Below, one piece after another: positions 60,920 to 64,000 of a stretch of 64,000 bases of DNA (position 1 is its first letter; every line of letters starts with the position of its first letter). The notes beneath the pieces were generated by a model. That model worked only from the letters and a program-made list of their open reading frames with translations, did no database searches and had not been told where the DNA came from. The DNA comes from the human T2T-CHM13v2.0 reference genome, Homo sapiens. The translations under genes and the position numbers were made by a program. The stretch lies in NCBI RefSeq assembly GCF_009914755.1, contig NC_060934.1; one strand, 5' to 3'.

Positions 60920-62017
60920 CTAAGAAAACAGAAGGCAACAGAGAAAGTAGTAGTAAGATTCAGGCCACAACGGAAGAGATAAACAATACAGGAACAGTAA
61001 CTAAAACATCAACATTACTGCTTTGATTTGTTTTTCTAGATGCAGTCAAGCTTATGGGTAAAAGGCATGCAAATTATGGAAGTTTCTGCAAGTTTATAAA
61101 GGAAAGATGTGCAAAAATCAACAACTTCTCTATTTTCCTGTTGCTGTAGATTAAGTGGTGGGCGTTTGGCTCTGTATCAATAGGTCCAAATATTGAGGCC
61201 TACTGTTCATTAATATTTACTTTAGAGGAATACATAAATATAATGGTGGCAGGTCCTAATGGCTTGATTAGCAATTCTCCACTTGATCTAATAAATTATT
61301 TTAAATCAAACAGATAATAGGACATTAATTTGCCATTAATTTGCCCCCTTTTAATAAAGGAACAGATGCTTCTTGTACCAATGAAATAACTTAGCGTTTT
61401 TCTTTTAATATTCACTCCCACTTCTAAATTTTAAAACTTCTAAATTTTAAAACACTCCCACTTCTAAAATTTAAAACCCTTTAAAATTTTGAACCCAATT
61501 CAGGAAATAGGAGGATATTTATAATTAGAGGCCATATCTTGCTTAATTTTGGAATATTCTATATCAAATCAAACCTCCCATTTATTTTCACTGGAAATAT
61601 GTGTGTGGATAGATGACTAGAAACAATAAAGCCTGTTCTGTCCCCAGCAAAATTAATTACTCTCTGAGACTAAGTTACCCTCTAGGAGGTAGATGGTTTC
61701 TTTCAGCACAAAAGAATTGACCAGGGACTACGGAACAGGTCACCAACCCTCATGGTAACATGACCTGAAACTGTGCTAGAAGCTAATCTAATAGCATTAA
61801 AAGTTTTAAATTCACTATGGCAGTTTCTTTCTGAAATCAGAAAGCTTTTTTTCTGTCTGCAGTGCGTTTTTCATCTGCTTATGTGTGTTTGTCTTATGTC
61901 AAAGATTTCAAGTATCACTAAAGGGAAAATGGATGGCTCTGCTGCCATTGGCAGTAGCTGGGGGCATCTGCAGTGCCCCTGATTAAAATGGGGGGCATTT
62001 ACAACATCCTACATTAC

Positions 62018-62189
62018 CTGCATCTTCACTGGAGGTATAGGAAGCAGTGAAGCCGCCATATGGCCTGGATCCATCCGTGAAAAAAATGACTTTCATTGTG
62101 TTTCCTGAAGATTTAATCTCATTGCTTACATTCACACTACTACACAGTTTCTCTAGCTGGGGTGAGTTACTTCTAATGCCATTGAATAC
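62018..62189 (-). CDS. CUBN: CUBN exon (probably 49), 172 nt, C-terminal half of CUB18: [18 protein letters not shown]...[13 protein letters not shown]
   Basis: Acceptor TTTTCCAACAG|GTATTC and donor GCAG|GTAATG; phase 0 to 1; overlaps ORF 61983..62318. Confidence 0.95.
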
Positions 62190-62632
62190 CTGTTGGAAAA
62201 AGAGTTTAACCTTCAGGCACACAATCCATCTTACTGCATATTTCCTAGGAGGTGATATTTCCAGCCCAGACCCACTTCCTTTTATGGGAACCCTGCCCCA
62301 AAATGAATGACCTAACAATGCAGGTTTCTATCGCAGTGCCACAAGCCACTGTTACCCCGAGCACATTTTGTGACTTCAGGGTGATTTCACTAGAATGAAA
62401 GTATTGCAGTAATGCCTTCCTGCCATGTGGTGATAGATTAAAAGCTGCTATACACTTTGCAACTGGAAACTGTGCTCTCAATGTAAAGGAGATGAGCCAT
62501 TGTGCTTACAATGTGGTCTGCAGAGCTCACTGATGGGCAGTTTTTCTTAACAATGCATCAGGACATTTGTTACTTGGAAGGGAAGCTTAAATATCAGTTT
62601 CTGATGATTTCATGTACATAATAAAGCAGATA

Positions 62633-62982
<350 letters not shown>

Positions 62983-63382
62983 TAATTTGAAAAATCAATC
63001 TCCATCTGCAATTAAACATAATAGTTCTTTCCTCATTAGTTATGGATTCAAAGCTTCAATTTTCTTACTTATTTGAATTTCCAATAATGGATTATTATTG
63101 ACTCTAAAATATTAAATAATAGCTGTAGTCATTCACATAGTTACAATAATTCGCAAACTATTCTTCCAATGCTTTATAAAATCAAATGAATTTGCATGAC
63201 TGGTTTTCACAGTTCAAAAAAAATCTAGATGAAATAACTGAACAATAATTCATTGATTGAATGGTTGATATTCCCATTTTTAAAAGGATTTGAATGACTC
63301 AAGATTAGAAATAATGACTCAGACTATGGCACTAACAGTTATGCAGAAGGAGAATGCACTCCACAACAAAAGATGTCATCTC

Positions 63383-63694
<312 letters not shown>

Positions 63695-64000
63695 AAGATG
63701 TCATCTCTTTAAATTTACTATAATTAATCAAATTTAGCTCTCTGGGGGCTTCTGGTGTAAAGTGTCTTCTGGCTCACTGGACCAGAAGAAGAGTTTGCTA
63801 TCATTTACTGAGCAGACAAAAATGCCAGTCTTTGCTTATCATCCACTCAGCCTGTCTTATCTAATCAACAAAACACCCTCCCAGGCAGATAACAGTATCC
63901 CTGTTTTCCAGATTAAGATACCAGAATCCAGAAAGATGATGTAATAATAGAACTGGGATTCAAACCATCCCTCTGATTCCAAACCATTAAGTAATGCATA

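Noticed and set aside
61737-61766. AGGTCA...TGACCT inverted nuclear-receptor half-sites
   Set aside because: The 18-nt spacer matches no canonical response element; likely chance

Overview
Primate (human) genomic DNA lying entirely inside the cubilin gene (CUBN), which is transcribed on the - strand. I reconstructed 12 internal coding exons by hand. All have canonical AG/GT ends, and they splice into one open frame covering the C-terminal half of CUB18, CUB19-23 and the N-terminal part of CUB24. From my recollection of the reference these are probably exons 49-60 (about aa 2512-3221); that numbering was not checked against a database. The exons at 55103-55328 and 44857-45013 are absent from the ORF track in their true frame. 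The rest of the window is intronic: about 23 Alu/FLAM copies (one a young AluYb8), old L1/MaLR/hAT fragments, a solo LTR12F and several simple or tandem repeats. I found no evidence of a new gene or a new biological system. The most striking sequence-level observations are (1) an old L1 whose 22-nt target-site duplication copied an exon's splice donor, with the spare copy later losing its GT, (2) a ~1 kb purine/pyrimidine-skewed minisatellite with ~27 GATA motifs next to an acceptor, (3) an intact antisense solo LTR12F, and (4) several small rearrangement scars.
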